DNA of 64,000 bases from Vulcanimicrobiota bacterium (GCA_963733295.1 CAVTCS010000003.1:416001-480000), one strand, 5' to 3'. Shown: positions 19,497 to 30,295, counted from the stretch's first letter. The notes: generated by a model from the sequence alone, not told the origin. Numbers and translations: made by a program.

Positions 19497-20789
19497 GTGC
19501 AGGTGTTCGACGACGCCAGGCAACTGGAACTAATGTGGGAATCCGACCCGCGCTGGGCCGGGATCACCCGCCCGTATAGCGGAGCAGACGTGGTGCGTCT
19601 GCGCGGGTCGGTTCCGATCGACTACACGCTCGCCCGCCTCGGAGCCGAGCGTCTGTGGGACCTCCTTCGGAAAGAATCGTGCGTCGCGGCGCTCGGAGCC
19701 GTCACCGGCAACCAGGCGGTTCAGGCGGTCAAAGCCGGGCTCAAGGCCATCTACCTTTCCGGCTGGCAGGTCGCCGGCGACGCGAATAGCGCCGGTCAGA
19801 CCTATCCCGATCAGAGCCTGTATCCGGCGAATTCGGCGCCCCAACTGGTCAAGCGCATCAACAACGCGTTCCAGCGCGCCGACCAGATTCAGACGAGCGA
19901 AGGCAAGTCTGACATCCACTACTTCGCGCCGATCGTGGCGGATGCCGAGGCCGGTTTCGGCGGAGCGCTCAACGTGCACGAGTTGATGAAAGCATTCATC
20001 GAAGCCGGCGCCGCGGCGGTTCACTTTGAAGATCAACTAGCGAGCGAAAAGAAGTGCGGCCACATGGGCGGCAAGGTGCTCATTCCGACAAAGACCGCGG
20101 TGCGCAACCTGATCGCCGCGCGACTCGCCGCCGACCTCCTCGGCGTGCCGACGCTGATCCTCGCGCGAACCGACGCGAACGGCGCGAAACTCGTAACGAG
20201 CGACATCGACCCGACCGACGAGCCGTTTCTTACCGGCGAGCGGACGGAAGAAGGCTTCTTTCGCTGCAAGGGCGGCCTCGACGCGGCGATCGCCCGCGGC
20301 CTGGCCTACGCTCCGTTTGCCGATCTCATCTGGTGCGAAACCTCGGAGCCCAACCTCGATGAAGCGCGGCGCTTCGCCGGCGCGATCCACGCCGTGTACC
20401 CGGGGAAATGGCTCGCCTATAACTGCTCGCCGTCGTTCAACTGGAAGCTCAAGCTCGATGAGCGATCGATCGCGACGTTTTCGGAGCAGATCGCAGCGAT
20501 GGGTTACAAGTTCCAATTCATCACCTTGGCCGGCTTCCATGCGCTGAACCACTCGATGTTCGAACTCGCGCGCGACTTCAAGGATCGTGGAATGGCCGCC
20601 TACGCGGAGTTTCAAGCGGCCGAGTTCGCAAGCGAACGTTACGGTTACACCGCCACGCGCCATCAGGCGGAAGTCGGCGCGGGCTACTTCGATGAAATCT
20701 CACAAGTGGTGAGTGGAGGCAAGTCCTCGACGACCGCACTGCACGGCTCGACCGAAGCCGAACAATTCCACCCGGCGGCCGTCCACTAA
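19497..20789 (+). CDS. aceA: Isocitrate lyase
   Basis: [34 protein letters not shown] signature, [16 protein letters not shown]. Confidence 0.97.
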   Translation: MQVFDDARQLELMWESDPRWAGITRPYSGADVVRLRGSVPIDYTLARLGAERLWDLLRKESCVAALGAVTGNQAVQAVKAGLKAIYLSGWQVAGDANSAGQTYPDQSLYPANSAPQLVKRINNAFQRADQIQTSEGKSDIHYFAPIVADAEAGFGGALNVHELMKAFIEAGAAAVHFEDQLASEKKCGHMGGKVLIPTKTAVRNLIAARLAADLLGVPTLILARTDANGAKLVTSDIDPTDEPFLTGERTEEGFFRCKGGLDAAIARGLAYAPFADLIWCETSEPNLDEARRFAGAIHAVYPGKWLAYNCSPSFNWKLKLDERSIATFSEQIAAMGYKFQFITLAGFHALNHSMFELARDFKDRGMAAYAEFQAAEFASERYGYTATRHQAEVGAGYFDEISQVVSGGKSSTTALHGSTEAEQFHPAAVH

Positions 20790-21541
20790 CCGTACATCAG
20801 CGAACCTGGAGTCGTGAGTAATTCGCCGGACTCGAGCCACGTCTTGAGACCGGAGAGGATCATCGGCCAGCCGCCGTAGACTTGCGGATTCGCGCCTTCG
20901 CGCAGCTGATCGTGCGTGACGGTCAAACAGCACGAGTCGCCGACGGGCTCGATCTCGTAGGTCACGCGCGAAGTGCCCTCGCTCTTGACCTCGTCGCTCC
21001 ACAGAGCGGTAAAGGTTTGCACCAATTTGCGCGGCGGATCGACTTCGACGTTCACGCCTTCGCCGAGAAGTGCGGGCGCGTTCGGATGATTCATCGTGTA
21101 CGGCGAACCGGTCGTCCAGTCGGACTGTACCCGCATACCGAAAGTGTATTTGCTGCGGATCTCGGGGTCGGTGAGCGCTTGCCAAAGACGCTCGGGCGTC
21201 GTGCGAATGTAGATCTCGAAAACTTTCTCCATCTGACTCTCCATTCGTGTCTTGAGGCCGCTGAGCGCTGCGGCCCAGGGCTCGGCGTATTTGCTGACCC
21301 ACCGGTCGTGGACGAGCCGGATCGGCACCGGGTTGAGGAAGTGCAATTTCTCGCGGCCACGCCGTTTGGTCACGACGAGGCCGGCCTCTTCGAGCTGCCT
21401 GAGGTGCTTCATGACGCCGAATCGCGACATGCCGGGAAAGCAGCGTCCGAGTGCCCCGAGGGTCTGGCCGTCCTCCCGGAACAGCTCGTCCAGAACGCTG
21501 CGCCGGGTTGGATCGGCCAGGGCTTTGAAGACCGCGTCCAC
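20786..21541 (-). CDS. ArsR/SmtB HTH regulator fused to an SRPBCC (AHSA1/START) ligand-binding domain
   Basis: [29 protein letters not shown]; then [39 protein letters not shown]. Confidence 0.9.
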   Translation of the reverse strand: MDAVFKALADPTRRSVLDELFREDGQTLGALGRCFPGMSRFGVMKHLRQLEEAGLVVTKRRGREKLHFLNPVPIRLVHDRWVSKYAEPWAAALSGLKTRMESQMEKVFEIYIRTTPERLWQALTDPEIRSKYTFGMRVQSDWTTGSPYTMNHPNAPALLGEGVNVEVDPPRKLVQTFTALWSDEVKSEGTSRVTYEIEPVGDSCCLTVTHDQLREGANPQVYGGWPMILSGLKTWLESGELLTTPGSLMYG

Positions 21542-21547
21542 CCCCAG

Positions 21548-21577
21548 ATAATAGGTGACTATTTAGTCACATGTCAA
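21548..21577 (-). promoter_or_regulatory. Near-consensus sigma70 promoter with an embedded palindromic operator (probable ArsR autorepression site)
   Basis: Minus strand TTGACA (21572-21577)-18 nt-TATTAT (21548-21553). Perfect IR GTGACTA-TT-TAGTCAC (21555-21570) sits in the spacer. Confidence 0.8.
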
Positions 21578-21637
21578 GCCCGGCCGAAGCCTTTTCGTGG
21601 AGCGGACGGGTCCCGGCGCCCGCCGAACGCTCCGCGC

Positions 21638-22432
21638 ATGAGCGAGCCCGAAGTCCTCTCATCGCAGCAAGGCGCCGTGCTGAGGCTGACCTTGAACCGG
21701 CCGGACAAGCTCAACGCGCTCAACGAGCCGTTGACGGAGTTGCTGCTGGGGGGCCTGCGTAAAGCCGCCACGGATTCGTCGGTCCGCGTCGTCGTTCTCA
21801 ATGGAAGCGGACGCGGTTTCTGCTCGGGTCAAGATCTCGAGGCGTTCGTGCGGCTCAAAACGAGCGCGACACCGGTCTCGGTCGCCGAGCACCTGCGCCG
21901 CGGCTACAACCTCGTGGCGCTCGCGCTGCGCAATCTCGAGAAACCGGTCATCGCCTCCATCAACGGGATCGCCGCCGGCGCGGGTCTGTCGATCGCGCTC
22001 TGTTGCGACGTACGGGTCGCGGCGGAGGATGCACTGCTGACGCTGGGCTTTTCGAAGATCGGCCTGATCCCGGATGCCGGCGGCAGTTACCTGTTGCCGC
22101 TGCTCGCCGGTTTCGGCCGCGGGCTCGAACTCGCGTGGACCAGCGATCGCATCGGCGCGGCTGAGGCTTACCGGCTCGGCCTCGTCAACCGGGTCGTCGC
22201 GACTGCGACGCTCTCCGATGAAACGGCGGCCTTCGCCGAACGTCTTTCGGAAGTTTCTCCCGTCGCTCTGGCGTTGACCAAACGCGCCTTCAATCGCTCG
22301 ATCATGCCGCACTTCGCGGAGTGGCTCGAACAAGAAGCGGAGCTTCAAGAAGAAGCGGCTGCGGGCCCCGACTTGCTCGAAGGCGTTCAAGCTTTCATGC
22401 AAAAGCGCAAGCCGGCGTTCGCTGCGCGGTGA
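21638..22432 (+). CDS. Enoyl-CoA hydratase/isomerase (PaaG-like)
   Basis: LNRPDKLNAL, FCSGQDL, KPVIASINGIAAGAG, IGLIPDAGG, EGVQAF. Confidence 0.9.
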   Translation: MSEPEVLSSQQGAVLRLTLNRPDKLNALNEPLTELLLGGLRKAATDSSVRVVVLNGSGRGFCSGQDLEAFVRLKTSATPVSVAEHLRRGYNLVALALRNLEKPVIASINGIAAGAGLSIALCCDVRVAAEDALLTLGFSKIGLIPDAGGSYLLPLLAGFGRGLELAWTSDRIGAAEAYRLGLVNRVVATATLSDETAAFAERLSEVSPVALALTKRAFNRSIMPHFAEWLEQEAELQEEAAAGPDLLEGVQAFMQKRKPAFAAR

Positions 22433-23229
22433 CGGCTCCCACGGCGGCGCTCGCGCGCGGCGAGCTGTTCGATCTCACCGGAAAGGTGGCGCTGGTTACC
22501 GGTTCGACGCGCGGCATCGGTTTTGCGATCGCGCGGCGTTTCGCAGAACATGGCGCGCGCGTCGTCGTTTCGAGCCGCAAACCCGACGCATGCGAAGCGG
22601 CCCGCAGCGCGATCGCGGAAGCGGGCGGCGAAGCGATTGCGGTCCCCGCAAACATCAGCCACAAAGAGCAGCTACAGGCCCTGGTCGACGCAACGCTTGC
22701 GGCCTGGGGCGGCATCGATATTTTGGTGTGCAATGCTGCCGTCAATCCTTATTTCGGGCCGCTCGAGAAGATCGGCGACGACGCGTTCGACAAGATCATG
22801 AGCACGAACGTGCGCTCGAACCTCTGGCTTTGCAACATGGTGCTTCCTCACATCGCGGAGCGCGGCGGTGGCTCGGTCATCCTCCTGTCGAGCATCGCAG
22901 GTCAACTGGGAACGCGTCTGCTGGGCGCGTACGCGCTTTCGAAGGCGGCCGACTCGCAGCTCGCGCGCAACCTCGCCGTCGAATGGGGCGGTCGCAACGT
23001 ACGCGTGAATTGTCTCGCACCGGGCATCATCCGGACCGACTTCGCGAAGGCGTTGTACGAGAACGAAGCGGTCTACAAGGCGGCTCTCAAGCACTACCCG
23101 TTGGGCCGGCTCGGCGAAGTCGACGACATTTCGGGAGCGGCCGTCTTTCTCGCCGCGAAGGCCGGAGCGTTCGTGACCGGCCAGACGCTCGTCATCGACG
23201 GCGGAACGACGATCGGCGGCTTCGAGTAA
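22429..23229 (+). CDS. Short-chain dehydrogenase/reductase (DHRS4-like)
   Basis: TGSTRGIG, CNAA, YALSK, VNCLAPG; GTGA overlap with the upstream gene. Confidence 0.92.
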   Translation: MTAPTAALARGELFDLTGKVALVTGSTRGIGFAIARRFAEHGARVVVSSRKPDACEAARSAIAEAGGEAIAVPANISHKEQLQALVDATLAAWGGIDILVCNAAVNPYFGPLEKIGDDAFDKIMSTNVRSNLWLCNMVLPHIAERGGGSVILLSSIAGQLGTRLLGAYALSKAADSQLARNLAVEWGGRNVRVNCLAPGIIRTDFAKALYENEAVYKAALKHYPLGRLGEVDDISGAAVFLAAKAGAFVTGQTLVIDGGTTIGGFE

Positions 23230-23321
23230 TCGACCCTGCCGCGCTTCGCCGGGATTCCGGACGCCGCGCGAGAATTCGTTTCGTCTTCAGCACTTTCCGT
23301 AATCGGGGTCTCAAGCATACG

Positions 23322-25148
23322 ATGGCCGCTCCCTACCAAGCTCCGCTCCGCGACATGCACTTCCTGATCAACGAACTCGTCGATTTCAAGTCGATCGGAC
23401 AGTTGCCCGGATACGAGGAGGCCGCGGAGGTCGTCGATCCGATCTTGGAAGAGGCGGCGAACTTCGCGAGCAACGTTCTGGACCCGTTGAACGTGAGCGG
23501 CGATCGCGAGGGCGCGAAGTTCAGCGACGGCAACGTCACGACGCCCAAGGGCTTCAAGGACGCCTACCACCAGTTTTCGCAGGCCGGCTGGATCGGTCTG
23601 CCGCTGCCGGCCGAGTACGGCGGACAGGGTCTGCCGCAAGTGCTCTCGACCGCGACGCTCGAGATGTTCCAGGCCGCCAACATGGCGTTCGCCAACGGTC
23701 CGATGCTCAACCAGGGCGCGATCGAGGCGATCCTGCTGGTCGGAACCGACGAACAGAAGAAGAAGTTCGTCCCGAAACTGATCTCGGGCGAGTGGGCCGG
23801 CACGATGGACCTGACCGAACCGCAAGCCGGCTCGGACCTCGCGCAAGTGCGCACGAAGGCCGTGCCGGAAGGCGATCATTTCCGACTGAGCGGTCAAAAG
23901 ATCTTCATCACCTACGGCGAGCACGACTACACGCCCAACATCATCCATCTCGTGCTGGCGCGCACGCCGTCGGCGCCCGAAGGCGTCAAGGGCATCTCGC
24001 TCTTCATCGTGCCGAAGGTGAGCGTGAACGCCGACGGCTCGCTCGGCGAGCGCAACGACGTCACGTGCGCCTCGATCGAACACAAGCTGGGAATCCACGG
24101 CTCGCCGACGTGCACGATCAACTACGGCGAGAAGGGCGGCGCGATCGGGTACCTGGTCGGCAAAGAGAACGAAGGCCTCAAATACATGTTCATCATGATG
24201 AACTTGGCGCGCTTCTCGGTCGGCCTCCAAGGTCTCGCCATGGCGGATCGCGCCTACCAGGCCGCACTCGGCTACGCGCGCGAGCGCGTCCAGTCGAAGG
24301 ACGTCGCCGCGAAGGAATGGACGCCGGTGCGCATCATCGAGCACCCCGACGTGCGCCGCATGCTGATGGATTGCAAGGCGCAGATCGAAGCGATGCGCGC
24401 CCTCGCCTTCTTCACCGCCGAACAGCTCGATCACGCGCACATGGACCCCGACGAGAAGAAGAAGGCCGAAGCGCAGGCGATGGTCGAGTTCCTGACGCCG
24501 ATCGGCAAAGCGTGGTCGACGGAGACCGGGACGAGCCTCGTTTCAGAAGCGCTGCAAGTCTTCGGCGGAATGGGCTTCATCGAAGAAACCGGCGTTGCGC
24601 AATACTATCGCGACGTGCGCATCGCGCAAATCTACGAAGGCACGACGGGCATCCAAGCCAACGACCTGCTCGGGCGCAAGTTCCTCAAAGACATGGGCAA
24701 GAGCGCGACCAAGCTGATCGGCCGGATGCAAGCGACGGCCAAGGAGCTCGGCGAGAGCGACAACGCCGAAATCAAAGCGATCGCAGCCGAACTGGCAAAA
24801 TCGGTACAAACGCTGTCCGAGACGTCGATGTGGCTCGGTAATCTGGGCGCGCAGATCCTCGGCGGAAAGGCGGACGTTCGGACCGCCTTCGCAGGAGCGG
24901 TTCCGTACTTGATGATGTGGGGCACGACGCTCGGCGGCTGGCTTCTGGCACGCTCGGCGGAGATCGCGGCGCGCAAGGCAACGGAGGACTTCTACGCTGC
25001 CAAGCTCGTGACGGCGCGTTACTACGCCGATCACGTTTTGCCGCGCGTCACAACCTACAAGAACGAGATCACCGCCGGTGCCGGCTCCACGCTCGCACTG
25101 ACCGAGGCCCAGTTCTCCGCAGACCGCGCTTCGCTCGCTCTCGTGTAG
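23322..25148 (+). CDS. Acyl-CoA dehydrogenase, long form (DmdC/FadE5-like)
   Basis: YGGQGLP, TMDLTEPQAGSDL, GQKIFITYGEHD, IEHKLGIHGSPT, QVFGGMGFIEE, IYEGTTGIQANDL. Confidence 0.93.
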   Translation: MAAPYQAPLRDMHFLINELVDFKSIGQLPGYEEAAEVVDPILEEAANFASNVLDPLNVSGDREGAKFSDGNVTTPKGFKDAYHQFSQAGWIGLPLPAEYGGQGLPQVLSTATLEMFQAANMAFANGPMLNQGAIEAILLVGTDEQKKKFVPKLISGEWAGTMDLTEPQAGSDLAQVRTKAVPEGDHFRLSGQKIFITYGEHDYTPNIIHLVLARTPSAPEGVKGISLFIVPKVSVNADGSLGERNDVTCASIEHKLGIHGSPTCTINYGEKGGAIGYLVGKENEGLKYMFIMMNLARFSVGLQGLAMADRAYQAALGYARERVQSKDVAAKEWTPVRIIEHPDVRRMLMDCKAQIEAMRALAFFTAEQLDHAHMDPDEKKKAEAQAMVEFLTPIGKAWSTETGTSLVSEALQVFGGMGFIEETGVAQYYRDVRIAQIYEGTTGIQANDLLGRKFLKDMGKSATKLIGRMQATAKELGESDNAEIKAIAAELAKSVQTLSETSMWLGNLGAQILGGKADVRTAFAGAVPYLMMWGTTLGGWLLARSAEIAARKATEDFYAAKLVTARYYADHVLPRVTTYKNEITAGAGSTLALTEAQFSADRASLALV

Positions 25149-25183
25149 TAGGGCCGCCTTCGCGGCGCAGGGAAACGGCTGGC

Positions 25184-26194
25184 ATGTTGCGCCGTGTCTT
25201 GATGCTGTCGCTCGCTCTTGCGTTCGGCCTCAGCTCGACGACGGCGCGAGCGGCCTCACCCCAAGCTGAAGATCGGGTTCTCGCCGTTCGTTTGTTTGCC
25301 GGTTTCGTGCCGCCGTTCGCGCTGTGCCCGGCGGTGGCGGTACAGGCGACCTGCAACATCGCAGGCGCGAGCGTTCCCCAAGCCCAGACCCTGAGCGCAA
25401 TCGCCGAGCGCGCCGGCCGCGCGGGCGTCGACAGCGTGGTATTCTTCCTTGCGGGATACTCGACGGATTTCGGGCATGGCATGGACGAAGCGCAACGGAT
25501 TGCGGCGCAACTCGGTCCGCGCTTCCTCATCGTCTTCGTCGATTGGGGCTCGCGCGGAGCGCACGTTGACTATGAATCGGACGCACACAGCGCCCGGCGG
25601 AATACGCCGGCCTTTGCGGCGCTCTTGACCGCTCTCAATGGAACGGTCGCAGGACGGTCCGTCGGGATTTTCGCGCACAGCATGGGAACGAGGGTCGCGG
25701 TGGGCGCCATCGCGATCGTAAAACCTGCGGCGGACGGCGCTCCGGTCGTGAACGAGGCGGTGTTGGCTGCGCCCGACCTATCGATCGACGACTACCGCAA
25801 AGCGATCACGCGAAGTCCGAAACCGTTCGGCCGGGTCACGATCTACGCTTCAAGTCACGACCACGCGCTGTTGCTCTCCGCGATCATCCACCTCCACCGC
25901 CGCCTCGGCCAATCGCTGCCGGGAAGGAGGTCGCTTGCCGATACGGACGTCGTCGACGCATCGGCGGCCGATCGCGCGAACGAGGGACACGGCTATGCCG
26001 TTCACGACCAGCGCGTGATCCTCGACATCGGTCAAACGTTACTCGGGGCTCCGACGCCGCATGCGGCCTGGAAGTGCGTTCAGGGAAACCTCTGCGTGCT
26101 CGATCCAAGCCGCGTGCCGGCCGAAGTCAGCGCTACATTCCCGTCACCGGCGGTGCTGGCGTTCCGTCCGACCACGTCGCGACCGGGACCATGA
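25184..26194 (+). CDS. Secreted alpha/beta hydrolase (DUF900-like esterase)
   Basis: Signal peptide; AHSMG nucleophile, LAAPD, YASSHDHAL, GHGY. Confidence 0.75.
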   Translation: MLRRVLMLSLALAFGLSSTTARAASPQAEDRVLAVRLFAGFVPPFALCPAVAVQATCNIAGASVPQAQTLSAIAERAGRAGVDSVVFFLAGYSTDFGHGMDEAQRIAAQLGPRFLIVFVDWGSRGAHVDYESDAHSARRNTPAFAALLTALNGTVAGRSVGIFAHSMGTRVAVGAIAIVKPAADGAPVVNEAVLAAPDLSIDDYRKAITRSPKPFGRVTIYASSHDHALLLSAIIHLHRRLGQSLPGRRSLADTDVVDASAADRANEGHGYAVHDQRVILDIGQTLLGAPTPHAAWKCVQGNLCVLDPSRVPAEVSATFPSPAVLAFRPTTSRPGP

Positions 26195-26861
26195 AGATGG
26201 TCTCGGGTTCTGGGACCACGCGGTGCGTCGTGTCCAGCAAAACCGGAGAGCCGGGCAGGTCTGCTCCCCAGCTCGCGCCGTCCGTTTTCGGAACGTGAAA
26301 CATCAAGTGCGAATGCCAGGGCCCGACCCCGTCGCCCAGATATTGGTTCTTCGACATCATATACGACATCGCGCCTGGCGCCGGCATTGGAAGTTCCTTC
26401 GCGGCGAACGCGGCTTTGATGCGCTCGAGCACCTGATCTTTGGGCAGTCCCGCCAATACCAGTTCGGTTCTCTTCAACGTATAGAGGAGAATCGATCGGG
26501 AGGCGGCCGGGTTGTAGCAGACCGGACCGCGCAGCTTCGGGTTCCAAAACTGCGTGGCGTCGAACGGACTCATCCAGCCTCGCTCGACGAGACACGTAAA
26601 ACCGTTCTTGCCCTCGTTCACGGTCTGATATCCGTGCCGTCCTAGGACCAGGATCGTGGCGTCGGCGGATATAGCCGCCGGCGCCGCGCTTCGCGCGAGC
26701 GCGATCTCCGCGGTCTGGTTTGCGATAAGGTATTGATCGATCCGTGCCATGCTAGGATAGAGCAACGTAGCGCCGCGCGCCTGCTGCTGCCAAGCCATAC
26801 TCAAGACAACAATCAGAGTAATGCCGGAAAACATAATCCGTCGGAACGCGTTTCGTTTCAT
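26133..26861 (-). CDS. Conserved hypothetical secreted protein
   Basis: Signal peptide from ATG 26861; ALARSAAP..IS.DA, NGFTCLVER, PVCYN, MSYMMSK, HLMF; GAGGGAG RBS. Confidence 0.7.
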   Translation of the reverse strand: MKRNAFRRIMFSGITLIVVLSMAWQQQARGATLLYPSMARIDQYLIANQTAEIALARSAAPAAISADATILVLGRHGYQTVNEGKNGFTCLVERGWMSPFDATQFWNPKLRGPVCYNPAASRSILLYTLKRTELVLAGLPKDQVLERIKAAFAAKELPMPAPGAMSYMMSKNQYLGDGVGPWHSHLMFHVPKTDGASWGADLPGSPVLLDTTHRVVPEPETIFMVPVATWSDGTPAPPVTGM

Positions 26862-27028
26862 GGGCTGCTCCCTCGAATGCAACTGGTAATCGTCCGCCGC
26901 AAACGTTCGAATGCGTTCAGTTTACGATGGTTGTCTTTGCAAAGCAAGTATCGTTCATCGGCTTTTCCCGAATGAAAAATTACGGGCATTGGAGCCGAGC
27001 ACAGATTTAGAAATTTTGAGATGTTACG

Positions 27029-28267
27029 TCATGCCGGCAAAGAGCCCAGAAACGCGGCGAGCGTTTGCGGGTCCCAGGCGCCGGGGTCGCTTTGCGCGTA
27101 TGCGGTGACTGCTGCCACGACGTTTGCCGGCCCGACCTCCAACGCGTAGTGCATGGGGCCTCCACGCGCGGCCGGAAAACCGTAGCCGTTGACCCAGATC
27201 GTGTCGATGTCGCCGGGCGTTGCCGCGATACCGTCTCGCAGGATACGCGCGCCTTCGTTGACCAGGGCGTACACGCAGCGCTCGACGATCTCGCTGTCGT
27301 CAACCTGGCGTAGGGCGACACTGAGCCGGGCGCGTTCGCGCGCGAGGATCGGCTCGAGCGCGGCGTCGGGATGAGGCGTGCGATCGCCCGGCTCGTACCG
27401 GTAATAACCCCGCCCGGTTTTCTGACCGAGGCGCCCAGCCGCGACGAGCTCGTCGGAAACGTTCGTTAGGGTAAAAGGGAGCACGATTCCGCGAGCGCGG
27501 CGTTCTTCTTTGGCGCGGACACCGACGTCGATTCCCGCTAGGTCGGCGACGGCGAACGGTCCCATCGCGAATCCGAAGCGTTTGAGCGCTCCGTCGACTT
27601 GGTCCGGCGTGGCGCCCGCCAGCAGCAAGAACTCAGCCTGACGCCGGTACAATAGCAGCATCCGGTTCCCGACAAAACCGTCGCAATTTCCAACGACGAC
27701 GGGAACTTTCCCGAGCCGTTTTCCAAGCTCGACCGCGGTCGCGATCGACGCGGGCGACGTCCGCGCGCCTCGCACGATTTCGAGCAAGCGCATGACGTTG
27801 GCCGGGCTGAAGAAGTGCATGCCCAGGACGCGCTCGGGGAATGGCGCGGCATCCGCGATCGCGTCGACGTCGAGCGTCGAGGTATTGGTTGCGAGGAGCG
27901 CGTCGCGGCGGCAACGCGTTCCGAGCTCGGCGAAGATGCGGCGTTTGAGGTCGAGCGACTCGAACACCGCTTCGACGACGACGTCCGATGCGGCGAGCTC
28001 GTCCAAACTTTCGGCAAACTCGATCGTCTGCAAACGCGTCGCGACTTCGGCGGCGCTGAGGCGCCCTCTCGCGCGCGTTGCCTCGTAGTTGGCGAGGATG
28101 GTCGCGCGACCGCGTTCGAGCGCTTCGGGCAGCGCGTCGTACAAGCGAACCGCAATGCCGGAGTTGGCGAAGGTCATGGCGATTCCGCTTCCCATCGTAC
28201 CGGCGCCCACGACTCCGGCGCGCGCGATAGGAAAAGCGAGAGAGCCGGGAAAGTCGCTCTTAGACAC
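27029..28267 (-). CDS. 3-hydroxyacyl-CoA dehydrogenase (FadB-type C-terminal part without the hydratase domain)
   Basis: [62 protein letters not shown]. Confidence 0.9.
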   Translation of the reverse strand: MSKSDFPGSLAFPIARAGVVGAGTMGSGIAMTFANSGIAVRLYDALPEALERGRATILANYEATRARGRLSAAEVATRLQTIEFAESLDELAASDVVVEAVFESLDLKRRIFAELGTRCRRDALLATNTSTLDVDAIADAAPFPERVLGMHFFSPANVMRLLEIVRGARTSPASIATAVELGKRLGKVPVVVGNCDGFVGNRMLLLYRRQAEFLLLAGATPDQVDGALKRFGFAMGPFAVADLAGIDVGVRAKEERRARGIVLPFTLTNVSDELVAAGRLGQKTGRGYYRYEPGDRTPHPDAALEPILARERARLSVALRQVDDSEIVERCVYALVNEGARILRDGIAATPGDIDTIWVNGYGFPAARGGPMHYALEVGPANVVAAVTAYAQSDPGAWDPQTLAAFLGSLPA

Positions 28268-28285
28268 GCGTCTGAGGTACGGTTC

Positions 28286-29530
28286 ATGTTAACCGAAGTC
28301 CGCCCTGAAGTTGCCGCGCTCCACGAGCGCCTCGAAACCTTCATGCGCGACGTCGTCGAACCCGGTGAGCTCGAGTACCACCGGCAACAAGCGGCCTTCA
28401 GCGACCGTTGGACCGTTCCGCCGGTGATGGAAGAAATGAAGGCGCAAGCGCGCGCGGCCGGACTTTGGAATCTCTGGTTGCCCGAGAGCGAATTCGGTGC
28501 TGGTTTGACCAATCGCGAGTACGCGCCGCTGTGCGAGACGATGGGCCGCTCGCACATCGCGCCGGAAGTCTTCAACTGCAGCGCGCCCGACACCGGCAAC
28601 ATGGAAGTCCTAGTGCGTTACGGCAGCGAAGCGCAGAAGCGGGAGTGGCTCGAGCCTTTGCTGGCGGGCAAAATTCGTTCCGGTTTCGCGATGACCGAGC
28701 CCGCGGTCGCTTCGTCCGACGCGACGAACATCGAAGCTCGCATCGTTCGCGAAGGCGACTCGTACCGGATCGACGGGCGCAAGTGGTGGACGAGCGGCGC
28801 GCTCGATCCGCGTTGCAAGATTCTGATCGTCATGGGAAAGACCGACCCGGCGGCACCGCGCCACTTGCAACAGTCGATGATCCTCGTACCGCTCGATACG
28901 CCCGGCGTGCGCGTCCTGCGTCCGCTGACCGTCTTCGGTTACGACGACGCGCCGCACGGACATGCCGAGGTGGACTTCAGCGACGTCCGCGTGCCGGCGG
29001 AGAACCTGCTCCTCGGCGAAGGGCGTGGTTTTGAGATCGCGCAAGGCCGGCTCGGACCCGGTCGGATCCACCATTGCATGCGTTCGATCGGTGCAGCCGA
29101 ACGCGCGCTGGGCGCAATGTGCGAGCGCGTGCAAAGCCGGGTTGCGTTCGGGAAGCCGTTGTCGCAACAGGGCGTTGTCGGCGAGTGGATCGCCGACTCG
29201 CGCATCGAGATCGATCAGGCGCGCCTTCTGACGTTGCATGCTGCCGATCTGATGGATCGTCATGGGAACAAGAGCGCGCGAGCGGCGATCGCCATGATCA
29301 AGGTCGTCGCACCGAACGTGCTCGCGCGCGTGGCGGACCGTGCCATCCAAGCGCACGGCGCGGCCGGCATCAGTGACGATTTCGGCTTAGCGTACCTGTA
29401 CGCCGCGGCGCGGACGCTGCGCCTGGCTGACGGTCCCGACGAAGTCCATCGTGCCGCAATCGCGAAAATCGAGCTGAGTAAGCATGCGCTGCCGGCCGCG
29501 GCAAACGGCCAAGCTACAGGTCGCTCCTAG
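28286..29530 (+). CDS. Acyl-CoA dehydrogenase (ACAD10/11-like)
   Basis: [62 protein letters not shown]. Confidence 0.93.
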   Translation: MLTEVRPEVAALHERLETFMRDVVEPGELEYHRQQAAFSDRWTVPPVMEEMKAQARAAGLWNLWLPESEFGAGLTNREYAPLCETMGRSHIAPEVFNCSAPDTGNMEVLVRYGSEAQKREWLEPLLAGKIRSGFAMTEPAVASSDATNIEARIVREGDSYRIDGRKWWTSGALDPRCKILIVMGKTDPAAPRHLQQSMILVPLDTPGVRVLRPLTVFGYDDAPHGHAEVDFSDVRVPAENLLLGEGRGFEIAQGRLGPGRIHHCMRSIGAAERALGAMCERVQSRVAFGKPLSQQGVVGEWIADSRIEIDQARLLTLHAADLMDRHGNKSARAAIAMIKVVAPNVLARVADRAIQAHGAAGISDDFGLAYLYAAARTLRLADGPDEVHRAAIAKIELSKHALPAAANGQATGRS

Positions 29531-29606
29531 AAGAAACACGCGCCGAACTTTCTGCGAATCTCCCAGAAAAGGATTAGCGAATGCCCGGCGGTGGAAACAT
29601 CGCGGT

Positions 29607-30125
29607 ATGTTGGCAGCAGCGTCTACGCGTGCACGTCTGGGTTGGGCCTTTCCCACGACGTTCGCGCTAGCAGTCGCGCTCGGCTTTGGCATCGGTGCCG
29701 CTTACGCGGCGAGTTCGACGCCCGCACCCAATACGGTGCTGGCACGTTTTTCGGGCGATCTGGATACGCGTACCGTGCGGCCGGGTCAAGAGTTGAGCCT
29801 CGAGATCGTGCCTCCATTCCCGAGTGGTGACGTCTCGTACGAGGGCGCGTCGGTTCGCGGTCACGTGGCTGGGGTTGTTCCACCGGCGCACGGGCACGGC
29901 GCCCGGTTGGCGCTTGCGTTTGACGAGATCCTCTTGCCGAGCGGCGCCGTCGCACCGATCGCCGGGCACGCGCGCGCGCGCGCCGGCTCCGGTATCATCG
30001 AAGGCAACATTTTCGGCCGATGGGTCGGTCTTACTCCCGTCGGACGTTCGGAGTTCATCGTGCAGCGCGGTTCGACCGTTCGCGTGCACGTCGATCAAAC
30101 CGCTACGCGCCCACCCCGCGACTAA
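29607..30125 (+). CDS. Hypothetical exported protein (possibly VirB10/TrbI-like beta domain)
   Basis: N-terminal hydrophobic segment; LDTRTVRPGQ..GASVRGHV..LAFDEI pattern. Family assignment is weak. Confidence 0.55.
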   Translation: MLAAASTRARLGWAFPTTFALAVALGFGIGAAYAASSTPAPNTVLARFSGDLDTRTVRPGQELSLEIVPPFPSGDVSYEGASVRGHVAGVVPPAHGHGARLALAFDEILLPSGAVAPIAGHARARAGSGIIEGNIFGRWVGLTPVGRSEFIVQRGSTVRVHVDQTATRPPRD

Positions 30126-30148
30126 AAGCAAAGTTCGTCGACGCCGCC

Positions 30149-30168
30149 GTTAACGCTCGTTAACGCTC
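30149..30168. promoter_or_regulatory. 10-bp tandem direct repeat, possible transcription-factor site
   Basis: GTTAACGCTC x2, inside an imperfect IR (CGCCGTTA.../...TAACGGCG), upstream of 30296. Confidence 0.4.
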
Positions 30169-30295
30169 GCGATAACGGCGTTTTCGTTCGCAAACGGTAA
30201 GTGTAGAGCGCGTCACAGGGCGGAAAGTGTTATGCTTTCCGGCACAGCGCTTTTGCCGTTCCGCTCAGAGAGAGGAGCTAGTTTTGCTTTTCAGC

